In this document: positions 36,088-50,021 of the stretch, one piece after another
Layout: every line of letters begins with the position of its first letter
Numbering within the stretch: position 1 is the stretch's first letter
NCBI GenBank assembly: GCA_965644295.1
Contig: CBFFRP010000134.1
Location: 124,001 to 188,000, forward strand
Direction: 5' to 3'
Source: Paraphysomonas bandaiensis
Lineage: Eukaryota > Protista > Chrysophyceae
DNA: 64,000 bases
Translations under genes and position numbers: made by a program
The notes under the pieces: model-generated
What the model was told of the DNA's origin: nothing
The model's database searches: none
Seen by the model: only the letters and a program-made list of their open reading frames with translations

Positions 36088-36615
36088 ATGTATGACAGAT
36101 ATATTCAGATATTGTTATATGATCTGTATATAAATAACATCCTATGAGACTATATATATATATATGTATGTATATATATAGAGAGAGAGAGCTGTGTGTT
36201 GTATGTAACTGTTATATCTGAGACGTCCTAAGGGCTTCAGAGATATGAAGAGATTGGCATGGCATGATTAATGAATAAGGAAACAGTTTCTCAATGAAGC
36301 GTAATTCATAGAGAAGGTTCGTACTTTAGTATGGCTGGAAAGAGTGGCTTCCAGATGGGACACATCCACACATACACATACATACACACACACACATACA
36401 TACACATACACACACAGATATATAGAGTACATACAGCGTAGTGGAGGACCAGGAATTCCTATAGAAATTCTTAGTTGTGTGAAGAACGGGTAGTACGCTC
36501 ATAGTTTATCCGTATACTAGCTCATAGTATATCCGTATACTAGTACATGGTGGACGTAAAAAGGACCGTATTATATTGAATATGAGGACAAAAAGAATAA
36601 ATATGAAAAAAAAAT

Positions 36616-36688
36616 CAACCACGGTGAGACTCGAACTCACAACCCCCAGATTAGAAGTCTGATGCGCTATCCATTGCGCCACGCGGCT
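36616..36688 (-). tRNA. tRNA-Arg(UCU), copy 1
   Basis: 73-nt cloverleaf with anticodon arm TCAGA-CTTCTAA-TCTGG, T loop TTCGAGT, and a downstream T-run terminator. Confidence 0.95.
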
Positions 36689-36773
36689 ACCACAACGTTC
36701 CCGACACAATAAATTAAGAAAATATATATTTCAAAATATAAATTTTATGAAATAAAAGTATAGAAAAAAATAT

Positions 36774-36846
36774 CAACCACGGTGAGACTCGAACTCACAA
36801 CCCCCAGATTAGAAGTCTGATGCGCTATCCATTGCGCCACGCGGCT
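36774..36846 (-). tRNA. tRNA-Arg(UCU), copy 2 (identical)
   Basis: Identical 73-mer, also followed by a T-run. Confidence 0.95.
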
Positions 36847-37137
36847 TTCATATTTTCCATAAGAAATTTTATATAATATAATATACTAATTTATTTTTTT
36901 GTAATGAAAATTGAATATGTGGCTAGATTTGAAATTTAAACCATATATGTATGAATGTGTGTATGTATCTCTGTATGGTGTAGTTGGGTGTGGATGTACT
37001 CTACTACAGTAGTACTAGACACTCCATTCCATATGTATGATATGACCGACTCATCTATCGACTCTCTCATTAAGTAGAACACAATCCTCAACTATACTAT
37101 CATTGGGATTTAATTCCATTAGAATTAATTCAGTGCT

Positions 37138-40100
37138 ATGTCAAGTCGGTCAAGAAGAAGTAGACATACTGAATTAAAGGTAACTTAGTGTGTATATGAG
37201 TATATATATATATATATATGTATGTATGTGTGTGTTGAGAGTATATACACTTATATCTGTCTATGTCACTGCAGATGAACTCACCCAATAGAGGAAGAGA
37301 TCAATCTAGACGAGGGGTACGTGCTCTCTGTATATATACATACATATATGCATGCATACATACATACATACATACATACATGCAACGAGAGGATATGTGG
37401 TATATAACATGTTATATAACAGAGTCTGGATGCATTACAGCAAAGCACTAGACGGCTACTGAGGAACAGAGATAGGAACCAACCATCGTATACGGATCCG
37501 AACAGTTCTGATGAATTTGAGTCTGAGTCATCAGAGCTGATGGAAGTGCAGTTACCTTCCAGACGAAAGAAATACTCTGAGAATAATGACACAGAGCTCC
37601 CTCGTCGGCGTTCAACCCGAGGCAGTGCTGATAGCCTATCTATTTCACGATCCACCCGTAGTATGTCTAGGCACCATGATGACGAGGAAGATGAACTTGA
37701 TGAGGAAGCAGAAATGATTGAAGAAGAAGAAGAGGAAGAAGTTCGCCCATCTCGTCGGTTTACTCGCCAATCTGCAAGTCGTACCTCCCAGAAGACACAG
37801 GAGCAGGAGGAGGCACAACGATACACACGGCGGTCTGTTCGCATGTCGTCGTCTCGCTCGATTAATGAAGAGGTTCATGAAGACGTAGAGGACGAGGAAG
37901 AAGAGGAGGAAGAAGCTGGACAGAAGAAATACACCTTCCGAGACCGAACCCGTCATCGTCGTGAAACCCTTAATGTCTCTCACTTAGGTGGGGACGGACA
38001 AAGCTATTTGCGTCAAACTGGCGTCAAGCGTGGTTCTCATGATCTGCGGGACACCAGAGAGCGCAGCAGTCGAGCGCATTCTACCGTGTCAGTGTATCGC
38101 GAGCAACCGAGGCTATATCTGGGTGGTAGATTGCCATCCACTCGTGAGAAAACTAGGCATCACCGACACAGGGATAGAGACAGACACCACCGGCGACATT
38201 TTGACAGCTCAAGCGACTCCTCTAGTGGATCCAACTCTGAGCGGCGTTCTAAGAGGAGGTACAGGGGGATGAGTCGCGATCTTGATGGAGAAGATGCTCA
38301 GTTCCGTGCTCATGAAGAAGAACGCCTACGGCGAGAGCTCGCGTCTATCCTTCCTCTGTCTGCCGGTAACATGGGAGGAGGAATGGGTGGATCTGTTCGG
38401 GACAAGGCTTCAAGAAGAGACATCGCTAGGGCAGATGTGACACCTCTTGCGGTGGACCCTTCTCTGGGTTTCGCATCAGTAGGAGGGCTAGATAAACATG
38501 TTCGCGCACTCAAGGAAATGGTTGTACTTCCACTACTCTACCCGGATATTTTTAAACGGTTCGATACTCAACCCCCCAGGGGAGTTCTTTTTGTGGGCCC
38601 GCCTGGAACAGGAAAAACTCTCACTGCACGGGCGCTTGCGAACTCCTTATGCACCGGTGGGAATGCTGGCTCAGGAGAGGGAAAATTAGGAGGTCGAAAG
38701 GTCTCTTTTTTTATGAGAAAAGGTGCGGATTGCTTGTCCAAATGGGTTGGTGAAGGAGAGCGACAGCTACGGCTCTTGTTCGAGCAGGTACTTATATTTT
38801 TCAAGAATTTCACATATATATCTCTGGTAACGATACTTCAATGCAGGCTAAGCTTTACGAACCGTCTATTATATTCTTTGATGAGATTGATGGTTTAGCC
38901 CCTGTGCGATCGATAAAACAGGACCAAATTCATGCATCGATTGTTTCTACCTTGCTAGCTTTGATGGATGGCTTGGATTCAAGGGGACAGGTTGTGGTGA
39001 TAGGTGCGACTAATCGCCCGGACGCTATTGATCCTGCTCTGAGAAGACCGGGAAGGTTCGATAGGGAGCTCTTCTTTCCACTTCCCGATGCCGAAGCGAG
39101 ACGGGCGATATTAGACATCCACACAAGCGCATGGAATCCACCCCTGGAGGAGGGAATTAAACATTGGATTGTGCAGGCTTCCAGTGGGTACTGTGGTGCC
39201 GATATGAAGGCGCTCTGTTCTGAGGCCGCAATAATCTCACTCCGCCGGGCATACCCTCAGGTAGACAACCAAATTGTACCATGCGATATTGTCAAATGTA
39301 TTCCGTAGGTATACTCATCCAATGTGCGTCTTGAAATCGACCCTTCTACTCTCATACCCACGAAAGGAGATTTTGCAGCTGCTGTCAGTCGTGTGATCCC
39401 GGCTTCTAGGAGGTCCGGTGATACTACATCTCGCTCATTAGATGGCGTGGCTGTCCCTCTACTGTTGAAGCACGTCGATGCAACCGTCGCCAAGGTGAAA
39501 GATGTGTTTTCGGCTGCTAGTAAAGATGCTTATGGCCTGCGTGTGCCCGGGGCGACTGTGGATGTGGGTAAAGGTTTTGAGGAGGAATGGATTGCTGCTC
39601 TCACAGATGTGCAAAATTCCGCCTACACTCATTCTCCAGGAGACAAAAAGCAAGACGATAACGAATTAAAGTTTGTCGGCTGCCCCCCATCTTCACTTTG
39701 GGACCCAGGTAGCGTAACATCTCGCCCAAGGGTTATGATAAAGGGACAAAGAGGTATGTCCCACTCTGATGTCGCTGCTGCTGCTCTTCAGAAACTTGAG
39801 TCGCTCCAAGTGTTCAACCTCGACCTGGCATCACTTCTGGCAGATATCAACTGTGCAAATCCCGAACAAGCGCTGGTGTCACGAATGCAGGAGGCACGGA
39901 GAGCGGCCCCTTGTGTTGTGTACTTGCCGGATGTCACGGGATGGTGGGGCGCTGCGTCTGAGTCACTCCGGAGTTTGCTTTTGTCCCTGCTGGACAGTGT
40001 GCCGGTGAATCTACCGGTCTTGTGGCTTAGTACCTTAGTCGTTGATATGCAGCTATTAAGCCTTGCCGCTGCAAGTGACACGAATGGTACATGCGAAAAT

Positions 40101-41804
40101 GAGGCAACTGTTGTGGAGACAAGCGTGCACTCTGGGGACTGCCAGGTCGATTATGAGAAGATAGACGACCGCCTTCTCGATGTGCTGGAGTGGCTTAGTG
40201 GTGGAGAAATAGCAGATACAAGAACTGATATGCAGCGTTCTCGGTTAGAAAGAGCCTTATCGTCACCTACTGTATTGGATCTGCCTGCGCCATCATGCGA
40301 GGACAGAGTGCGTTTTTTTCATCAGTTTTTTGGTCCCCTAGAATCTCTTCCCAACACACTGTTTATGGCCAGGAAAAAGATGTTTGCGACGAGGACACAG
40401 AAGCTTAAAATAGATACATCTGCCTCAAGCCATTCCTCTGATACTAATGGAGTAAAAGGGTCAACTGTTTTGGTTGATTTGAACGACGAAAGGGACAAGA
40501 ATTACATGCGGGAGCAAAGAGTGTTTTTTAGGGCTGCTTTGTCAGAGCTGCTAAAAGAAAAGAGGTTTATGTCTCTTTGGAGACCTGTGGATCCAGAACA
40601 AGTTCCAGATTATTACGATGTTATTACTGCCCCTATGGATTTGGAAACAATGCGAGTGAAAGTGGATGAGAATATGTACCCGACGTATAAACACTTTATA
40701 TACGATATCGAGCAGATTATATATAATGCGAAGGAGTACAACCCACTTAACTCTAAGGACTCACGAGGTCGAAGCATTGTGTCTGCTGCACACAATATGC
40801 TTGATGTTGTTGAGACCCATGCGTATGGGTTCAAGCAGCGATTGCAGTATGATGTGTTTCAGAGATGCGAAGAAGTGTGTCTGCGCCGAGGAATGGAACG
40901 ATGGGAACTTGAGCCAAGCAAAGAGCGGCGTCATGTGATGCCTCAAGAAAACGAAATATTTTATCGCGAAATCCTGCGCAGGCACCATGAGTTGAAAGAA
41001 GAGAGGGCTGAGGAAGAAAGGGCGATGAAGAGAAAGCGATGTTCTGAGACCGATGCCGAGGGTACTGATGAGTGTGACGCTGGTGGCTCTGACATACACA
41101 CTACTGTAGCGGTGACAGGACATGCGGCACCTGACGAGTCCACACCGGTGGTACCTATGAAGGTGACTGATGAACGCAGTTTGCGTCGCAGCGCTCGTGT
41201 CCGAGGGGAGGCGTCGGTTGAAAAATGTGTTGAAAATGTGTGCAATGGATCGCCATGGGAGAATGATGAAGCTGGTGCTACTTGTGTTTATTTCTGATAG
41301 TACTTCCTAATTACTTGTCTATATATTGCAGATATACAAGCAATACCGGAAGCAGAAGCACAATATGTGGGAGGCGAAATGAGCGACATTGACATAGAAC
41401 ACTGCCCTCTAACTAAAGCTTTGGAGGCTGCAGTTCAAACTTCATCCCAGGTAAAAAGCTCATAATACTGTTTTTTTCATTCAGTGATTATTTTTTCTCA
41501 GATGGCATGTTCGGGAATATATGAAACCCTAGAGAAACGAGTTGTCAGTGTCACCGCAGGTTGGTCGGTTGCACAACTTCTCGCAATATATTCTGCGATG
41601 AATCGCGCAAGTCGGGAATTTCAGAAACATGGGGAATGGGATAAAACCATAGAGGTATGTACTCTGCGATAGAAAGAGTGCTTGTGACGTATAATGTCAA
41701 TCGCGTATTCTGTGCAGGATATATCTAGTGTAATTGATTTCTATGCATCAAAGAGGCCTGAAGAAGCACGTAGACATGAAAGCACAATTGTTACCAGCAA
41801 TTAG
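37138..41804 (+). CDS. ATAD2: ATAD2/Yta7-like AAA+ ATPase with bromodomain
   Basis: Walker A GPPGTGKT, FFMRKGADCLSKWVGE, Walker B IIFFDEID, DPALRRPGRFDRE, and bromodomain PVDPEQVPDYYDVITAPMDL..NAKEYN. Confidence 0.95.
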
Positions 41805-42177
41805 TTTAAATTTACAACTCTATTACTACAGACTTTGCGAAGCCATATTGTAAATAATAGGATTATTGTTTTGATGTATATGTGACTGTATTTATTCACA
41901 ATTCGATGAACACTTTTATTACCAACAGTGAAAGTGCCTGGAAATCTTGTCTTTTATTGTTTGGTTGTATTTCACGTTATTCCATTGGTAGATGGGATAC
42001 ATCGTATTTTACGTAAGGAAACACTTTGATACATAAGGAAAAAGAGCAGAAAACAGTACCAAACGCTATGAAAATTAAATATATTGACAATTAGACAAGC
42101 CACTAGGTATTAGGTGTGAAATTGAGCCAGATTCAGAGTATACTAAGTTTTACGTGCATTTACCAGTAGTGAGTGTG

Positions 42178-42565
42178 TGATTATTAGCAAATGACATGTA
42201 AGCGTCAGAACTAGTGTAGCAAAACAATTTAACTAACTAATGCTTAATTCTGATATCCTACTATTTGGCGCTACGAAAGCTGCTTGTGGGTCACCGCAAG
42301 CACCAAGGTGCAACCACTTTCGCTGTTTGTCCTTAAGGTGAACTAGCCCGGATATTTGACTTCAGTATACAGCTTATACCCCGGATGCTTTTGAGTTTTG
42401 AGGTGGGCCTATTCCCGGATGTCTGAGATTCGTAAGCAGCCATATACTCCGGATGCTTGTTTATTCGTCAGGACCCAAAGTATTTGTACTACACAAGTAT
42501 ATGGCTATAAGTGAGCAGAACAACGTTATCTCCTGACTATAGGTGTGACTCACGTTAGTTTCCCG
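42178..42565 (-). mobile_element. Ribozyme-headed retroposon copy lacking most of its head
   Basis: Homologous to 51134-51581. Confidence 0.8.
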
Positions 42566-42567
42566 TG

Positions 42568-42815
42568 TGAAAGTCTTATTATTAGCAGTAGTACCAGATA
42601 AGTAGTTAGATGAAGACTAGACCAGCTAGATCGACCTCTACCAGTAACTAAATAGTGTAAATATTCTCATATCCTACTATTTAACGCTACAGAAGCTGCT
42701 TGTGCGTCGCCGCAAGAACCAAGGTGCAACCACTTCCGCAAGTTTCCCGGAGAGATATCTTCGATAATTATCCCCCAAAACGCCACGAAAGGTGCGAGTC
42801 TGACTTTGTTCAGGG
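42568..42815 (-). mobile_element. Internally deleted ribozyme-headed retroposon copy
   Basis: Both termini are present (TGAAAGTCTTATT...TTTGTTCAGGG). The middle is missing. Confidence 0.85.
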
Positions 42816-43554
42816 TGGTCCTGAAAAATACGTATATTCGTATATTGCGTTCTATGAAACCATTGGTACTAGTACATTACAGTCATTACAGCATGTACTC
42901 CATCAACCATAAACCACATATACCAATATTTCTACAGATTTTTTAATAATTGGAGACATATTCAACAGTTTCTATATTATCTAAATTGTACAACTGTTGA
43001 GGAAGCGCAAGCGAAATTTTGTTAAACGCAATAGTAGTATAATCACGCATTAGATCTATTTTAATTTACGGAAAGAGATTTTGCACAACGCAGTTGATAT
43101 ATACGCAGGTTGCTGGTCCACTATCCACTTGTTTATGAAACACACATAAAGTCGATAATCTCCACTGTTCGGAGTACGATGTAAGTGCACCTCAGTGCTG
43201 TCAACTGTCAACGCATACCCTCTACCAGTATAGTAATGTATGCAACACCAATTACATGATATCATATCCATATTGATTATTATGATACTAAAAAATTAAT
43301 GAAAGTTTTCATCTCATGTAGCCTATCAGAAGGCATCAGATATGTATAACTAGAATACAAGGTTGCCAGATAAGTTGAAACACCCACAAATTCGCTGCTT
43401 TGCTAAATAACATAGCATAGTACAGCAGGTGTGAATGACGCACATATTGCAACGGCAGTTAAATACTGACATTAACTTCTATTCATACGGCCTGAAAAAA
43501 TATCGTGGACTACGACCACCGCTAATACCGCATGGTTAAGATATATACAATTCC

Positions 43555-45188
43555 TTAGACTTGGAACTCCGCCTTCATCTCTGCTTGGTCCCGGAAATGG
43601 GGTTCAGACTGCCCCGGTCTCACCTGTACAACCGCAACTTTGCGGGCCGTCGGCCGTGACTTCTTACTCATTCCTTGCTTAATTCTATTCCATATGCATA
43701 CTATTGGTTCGAAGAAGTTTGTTTCCGGAACCGATCTAACGGGGGATGATGCCGGCGAACTACCCGAGTTACCGTGTTTGTTTGGACTGTTACCAAATAT
43801 GGCATGCGTATCTGTAGCAGATTTTCGTCGGAATGCAGCCAACCTCTCCTGCCTCTTCTTCTCTTCTTCCTGCTCCAGTAAACGAAGATCCTGTTCCAGC
43901 TGTTAGATTCGGAGTAGAGAGACACATATACTATACCTCTTCGTCTAAGAACTTGCTGTCGTCTTTGTCCAGCTCTCTAAATCGAGCTCTCCATGGGTCG
44001 ATGTCCTTTTCTTTGTCTAGACCGCATATCTGAACCAACATTGCCGTGACAAAGGCCATCTCATCGACTCCTTTCCCATCTGTGTCCATCGCGCGGATCG
44101 CTTCTATGTCCAGCTTTGTATTGAGCATACTGAGCTTCTTCTTTTCATGCGCAATCTCCATCTGAACTGCAGCGAAGTTACCGATCGCAGTTGTCATCAG
44201 AACGACTGCGAGTACAATATAGAATATTGAAAATATCCTGCATACATAGAAGGTGAAAATGATGTGACGCACCATTAAATAAAAACTCACTTGGATGAAA
44301 ATTTTGTCAGCTCTAAATCCCCGTAACCGACAGTCTGTGCATACAAACATTACACACACATCAGACTGCAACATGTATACGTACGCTGACAGTCATGCAA
44401 GTCCAGTACAGTCCTTGTATGAAAGTCCAACCCTCATTATAGCTATAGAACAGTGTCCCAAGCATCAAGAATAGCAATATGACGGCAATCGATATGCCGA
44501 TCTTCACTGTGTGGTTAGACTGTAAACCAATGTTACTAAGACCGGCAGTGTCTTATAAACTTGTAATATCTTACCTGTACAGCGTTGTCGTCATCAAGCT
44601 TTTCCATAGCCTGAGACTCGAGGTGATCAAGAAAGCTCTGGATGGCATCGTTTATTATTGAAAACACAAACACCAGTCCAAACAGGATGAAAAAAATTGT
44701 AAATAGTCGAGCCCCTAGAAACACACAATATGAACGCTATAGAACAAGTAACATATATGAAGCATACTCACAATCGTCACTAGGGCTGATATCACCATAG
44801 CCTACAGTGGTCACTGCAAGAACAAATAATTAAAATTCACAAATCAAAAGTATTAACACCCACTTGAGACTATGATGAAATAAAAACACGTTGTCACTGG
44901 CCATCCCTGCTGGAAGTGGTAAAACGCCACTCCAACAGCGAAAAACAGTATCACACTTAGAAACTTAAGTAACCATACTCTATTCTTCTCCAAATCCCCC
45001 CCTTTCTCCAACCGAGATGATGAATCTATTGAGTTTGTTGTCTTTGTTGTTGTTTCAATAACAGCCTCATTAATTTTATGAGCGAAATCTTTATCTCCCG
45101 GTGTGTTTTTTCTCCGTACAGTTGAACGCTCTTCTGCATCGCGTGTATTTTTCCGTTTGATTGTAACATGCTTGATTATATATGACAT
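43555..45188 (-). CDS. Two-pore (TPK/K2P-like) potassium channel with EF-hands
   Basis: Two TVGYGD pore loops, four TM segments, and EF-hand-like loops DTDGKGVDEMAF and DKDDSKFLDEE. Multi-exon. Confidence 0.9.
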
Positions 45189-45595
45189 TATATGTATGTA
45201 TATATGAAAGTAATGGAGGTTGATTGAATCTGTTTGAATAAGATGATAGTGATTAACAGAATCCGCTTTAATTCATAGTGTTCATAGTGTTCATTGTGGT
45301 TATCTGTACAGTACAATACACATGTATCATCATCATATGAATACTTATCACAGTCTTAATTCATATAAATACTTTGTAATGTACTATAAGAACCTCATGC
45401 TCTTGTATCAGTGTCAGTTCAGCTCTAGAGAACTCTCTAATGTCACTGTCTCTTATTGCATCCCAACTCCCAACACGCAGTGCATCGTAGGCTAGTGTAT
45501 GTAGAAGACAAGGGACTGTGTTTTTACGTATATATTCATAGGAAAGGATCCGGTATAAAACGAAACGTATAAAATATGTCATCGTACGCACTGCA

Positions 45596-45970
45596 CCTCA
45601 TACATCAGTGCATACATCAGTACATCAGTACATACATCAGTACATACATACATACATACATCAGTACATACATACATATACATACATACATACATACATA
45701 CATACATACATACACATACATACATACATACATACATACATACATACATACATACATACATACATACATACATACATACATACATACATACATACATACA
45801 TACATACATACATACATACATACATACATACATACATACATACATACATACATACATACATACATACATACATACATCAGTACATACATACATACATACA
45901 TACATACATACATACATACATACATACATACATACATACATACATACATACATACATACATCAGTACATC
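45596..45970. repeat. (TACA)n microsatellite with TACATCAG variant units
   Basis: Visible directly in the sequence. Confidence 0.97.
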
Positions 45971-46338
45971 TCAAAACTGAAAATTTGATCCACTGCAAAA
46001 AATAGGCACACTACATTTTCTGTTCAAATAATCAATTTTCTTACTCAAAATTCGTCATTTTGGAGATTATTTTGAGAAATGGGTCTTTTTTGGCAATGGG
46101 TCTATATATACTGTACATGTATACAGCAGCAGCAGCAGATAAGATGATAGATAAGGCCCATAATTCCATCAACTCACAGTTTCATAGTGTTCTTGTATAC
46201 ATTAAACAACCATAAGATCAGAAATCTACATCACTGCATGTACAGTCTATCTCCCATCATCCTCTTATCACCTTCCCATCTCTTACTATAAGCTCATTCT
46301 ATATATAATCGTGTAGTTCGTACAGTATACCTGTGAAT

Positions 46339-49043
46339 ATGTCAGATGCTGCTGTTAATTATATTGACACCATAATAACTGAATGCTTACAGTCATTCCG
46401 TCAAGAAATTTCAAAGAAATCTTTTAATTTCAATAATAAGAAACATATGAATCATACAGCTGAAGAATATGTGGATAATCTTATGACAAGATGCGTTCGA
46501 TCCCTCTCTGTATGTATCACTAACAGTAACAGTGTATGTGATACAGATCAGAATAATACACCCCATGCATCATATGGTTCTATACATCAGTTAGATGTTA
46601 AAGAATATGTTCATGATATGTTATCGACTTGTTTAAAGAGTTATACTGTTGATTTGAATGACTTAACCGGAACTGACTATTCGTTAGAGTCTGATAATGC
46701 TCAAGACATATCCTCCTCACAACAAACTCCAGCAGTGCATCTTACAACAGATTGCGAAAATACGATCACTGATCACAAGGATATGAGCTTTAGTGAAAAA
46801 CAGGCTGTACAGGAGTTTGTGAATGGGGTGCTACGGTCTAGCTTAAGCTCAGTATTCTGTACAATAGACGAAGACGATACATCAACAGGGGTACTTGTGG
46901 ATACTGCTGCTAACGACGATGTAGTGCATGAATTTGTGAAGATGTTGTTGAATGATGGTATAAATCAAGCGGTTTGTGTTATGGCTGGAGTGAGATATGA
47001 CGGAAATGAGAGGGAAAGTGGTTCAATTGAACAGAATCGTAATGACGCAGTCGATATATGCGAAATTCCAAGTGGCAACATGGAAAGTGTCGCAGCTGAG
47101 GACGTTATGGGGCGTTTCGATGACTCCGAGCCAAGTAATTTTCCTTCCTGGGAGGAATATAAGCGGATGGAGTCCTTATACATGGAAGCTACTAAAAAAA
47201 TCGCAACGCTAGAGGCAACACACTCTGCCGAAATTTGTACTCTGAGAAGAAATGTATCTGACCTCACTTCTGATCTCGAAAAAAAGGCATATCTGGAGAG
47301 CAAGGTATCGGACCTCACTTCTGATCTCGAAAAAATGGCACATCTTGAGAGCAAGGTAACGGACCTCACTTCTGACCTCGAAAAAATGGCACAACTTGAG
47401 AGCAAAGTAACGGACCTCACTTCCGAGCTCGAGGAGAAAGTGTATGAGCTGGAAGTCATTGAAGAGCAAGTGGTCAGTTTGAATGCAGAACGCTCCGCTA
47501 GTGAAGCTCAAGTGGAAAGTTATAAAGCGCTCAGCATCGAGAAGGATGCTATTAACAAGGCCTTAATACAGGAGTTGGTAGAGGCATCTGCCAAACAGAA
47601 TTCTACTGTAGAGGAGTATGAGGTAGGTAACTCTCCTTACTGAATGTTATATCATAATAGTGACTTGTAGGGGAAAATTCTAGAACTGAGAACTGAATTT
47701 GCTGCTTCTCAGCCCCACCTTGTGGAATGTGGTACCATGACAGACACTGACGATGAAGCTATAGCTAACAAGGCTCTGGTAGTGTCTCTCCGAAGTGAAC
47801 TCGAAACAGCAGTCAGAGACGCTTCCTATACCATTGATGAGCTTAACTCTAGTCTTACTGAGTTAAAGGAGGTTTGCAATCAGAAAGACATGGATTTGGC
47901 GTCGGTTCGTGCTCAGATGGAAGCTCAAGGTGACAAATGTATGGTGTTGGATATGAAACTTAAGGCAGCAAACTATGAGATTGAGCGAGTGAACAAGGAG
48001 ATTGCGTTGTTAAGCACACTTAGCGAACAAAAATCTATTCAAATAAACGAATTGCAGAGAGAATGTAACGAGCTCAGTGGAAAAGTTACCGACTTGAAAT
48101 CTCAAGTGGATCAGCAAAAGGCGACTATATGTGACATGCAGTCTGCGCACTCAGTCCTATTTGAGACATACACTCATTCTACTGCGGAGGGTGATAAGCT
48201 GAAGTTAAACCTCGATAAGTTTACGGAACTCACTTGCGATTGTGGAAAGAAGTTCACCGACGTATTAGCCGCGTCTTCGACCCTTCCTTTTGGAGAGTCT
48301 GCATTTGATGCTCTTCCTGACGAAGAGTCCAATGCAGATGACCCCGCTTGTGACGGTGCTGCTGGTGGTGTTTATGGAAGTGGTACTAAACCACTCGTTC
48401 GCGCAAAGAATGGGCATGGTCGTCAGGCTCCACCAGAGCAAAATAATACCGTGAGAAGAATTCACTCTGCTCCTGGCAGAGTTCGGCGGAAAGAATCGCC
48501 AACCACAATCAGTACTTCTACGGAAAAGAGTGTGTGTAAAACTGCAGCACCAAGGATGATTGACTTTGCACCACGTGTCAGGAGTACGTCACGACTATCT
48601 CCCAAACGTAATGAAATGGAGAAATCTTCAACGTCAACGACGCGGTTGCCGCCAGGGAGGCCCAAGGATGGTGTGTGTGGGGAGTGTAGGCGAAGGTACA
48701 GTGGTGAAGGAAAGAAACTTCCATCGAACCTGAAAAGCACAGACATCCATAAGCCCCCAGTGTCGCGTGATGCCATATCTTCTGTGTATTCAGAACTATC
48801 AGAAGCCGGTATGGTTACTATTTTTGTTTAATGTAATACGTAACTTTTACTATAGGATTTCCGGAGTTAAAGAGCCATTTAGATCACCAGCGCGTTGAAC
48901 GTAATAGATACGTGCAAAAGCCGGGGCAAGATCGTTCCTTTTGTTCCTGGAAGTGCGCGAAGTCTTGGAATTACAAGTATACCCCAGTTAATCAACGCCA
49001 CCAAACACATCAACTCATTTGTATTTTGCAAGGCGTTTATTGA
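46339..49043 (+). CDS. Uncharacterised long coiled-coil protein with internal 14-aa tandem repeats
   Basis: ORFs 46333-47643 and 47722-48831 are joined by GT-AG introns. Heptad-rich middle and a disordered basic C-terminus. Confidence 0.7.
47252..47430 (+). repeat. 42-bp coding tandem repeat, about 4 units
   Basis: GTA(T/A)C(T/G)GACCTCACTTC(T/C)GA.CTCGA... units encoding LESKV(S/T)DLTSDLEK.A. Confidence 0.9.
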
Positions 49044-49630
49044 AAGAATTGTACACTATATTGTGTTTTTTGGAAATGTACGCTTCTGAGTACATCAGCT
49101 AATCAGTAGCCTACAAAACGTTGTCGAGACACCAGCTGTAGTTATCTTTGACTGTATGTGTTCATGTGATGTATATATACTGTTCTTTCTGTTTTCTGGT
49201 TAAAATCTTGTATTACCACTCGCTTTATAGAGGCACAAATATTTGGATCAGCTTCTTGTTTCAACATTGAAAGTTTATGAGTGAGCTGTGATTCACAGCG
49301 GTGAATTAGAAAGATCTTAAGAAGTTGTCGGTTCATTTGTTACTGATTTCTATATGTCGCTGAATTTGATAGGCCACTTAAGTAAACGCTTCAATGCTAA
49401 AATTACGTCACAATTTCGGAATGCGTTTCCTTTGGAACATGTCATAATATTGGTACTCATGAAAATTATTTTAAAAAATATATCATGCTGCGCCTGTTAT
49501 TGTTGATATCCCCATTTGAGTTCATAAAAACGCTTATATTTGTACAAATATACACTTTCAACTTCAATATTTGGCTCGAATCTCGAACAGAAACACTCTA
49601 CTAATTATATGTATGTGATTGTATTGCGTT

Positions 49631-49759
49631 CAGGGAGTATATTGCACTATAATATATTGCCAGCAAAAGTAAATAATAATAGTAATACTTTAAAGACCAA
49701 AAATAATTATTAAATATGTTGCACTATATTGCAACCCAATATATTTTTACCTGACCCTG
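49631..49759. mobile_element. 129-bp hAT-type MITE
   Basis: CAGGG...CCCTG ends, TSD ATTGCGTT/ATTGTGTT (7/8), and internal ATATTGC repeats as in the 74-bp MITE. Confidence 0.75.
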
Positions 49760-49836
49760 ATTGTGTTACACAATTGCAGACTCAACTTTGAAAAGCACAT
49801 CATCAAACACTCATCGTTATTTTCCATCCTTTGTCT

Positions 49837-50021
49837 CCCTCAACAAAGTCGGATTCGCACCTTTTCGTGGTGTTTGGGTGATACGTACAGGAGATATTTC
49901 TCCGGGAAACTAACTTGAGTAGCAAACATATAGAAAGCAGACAACGTTCTGCCAACTCATCGCCGAATGCTCGTGTGATACAAGGGACACTATAATATAA
50001 GTGTTACTTGTGTAGACGTTT
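49837..50021 (+). mobile_element. 5' part of the ribozyme-headed retroposon, opposite orientation
   Basis: CCCTCAACAAAGTCGGATTCGCACCTTTTCGTGGTG... is the reverse complement of about 51470-51650. Confidence 0.88.
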
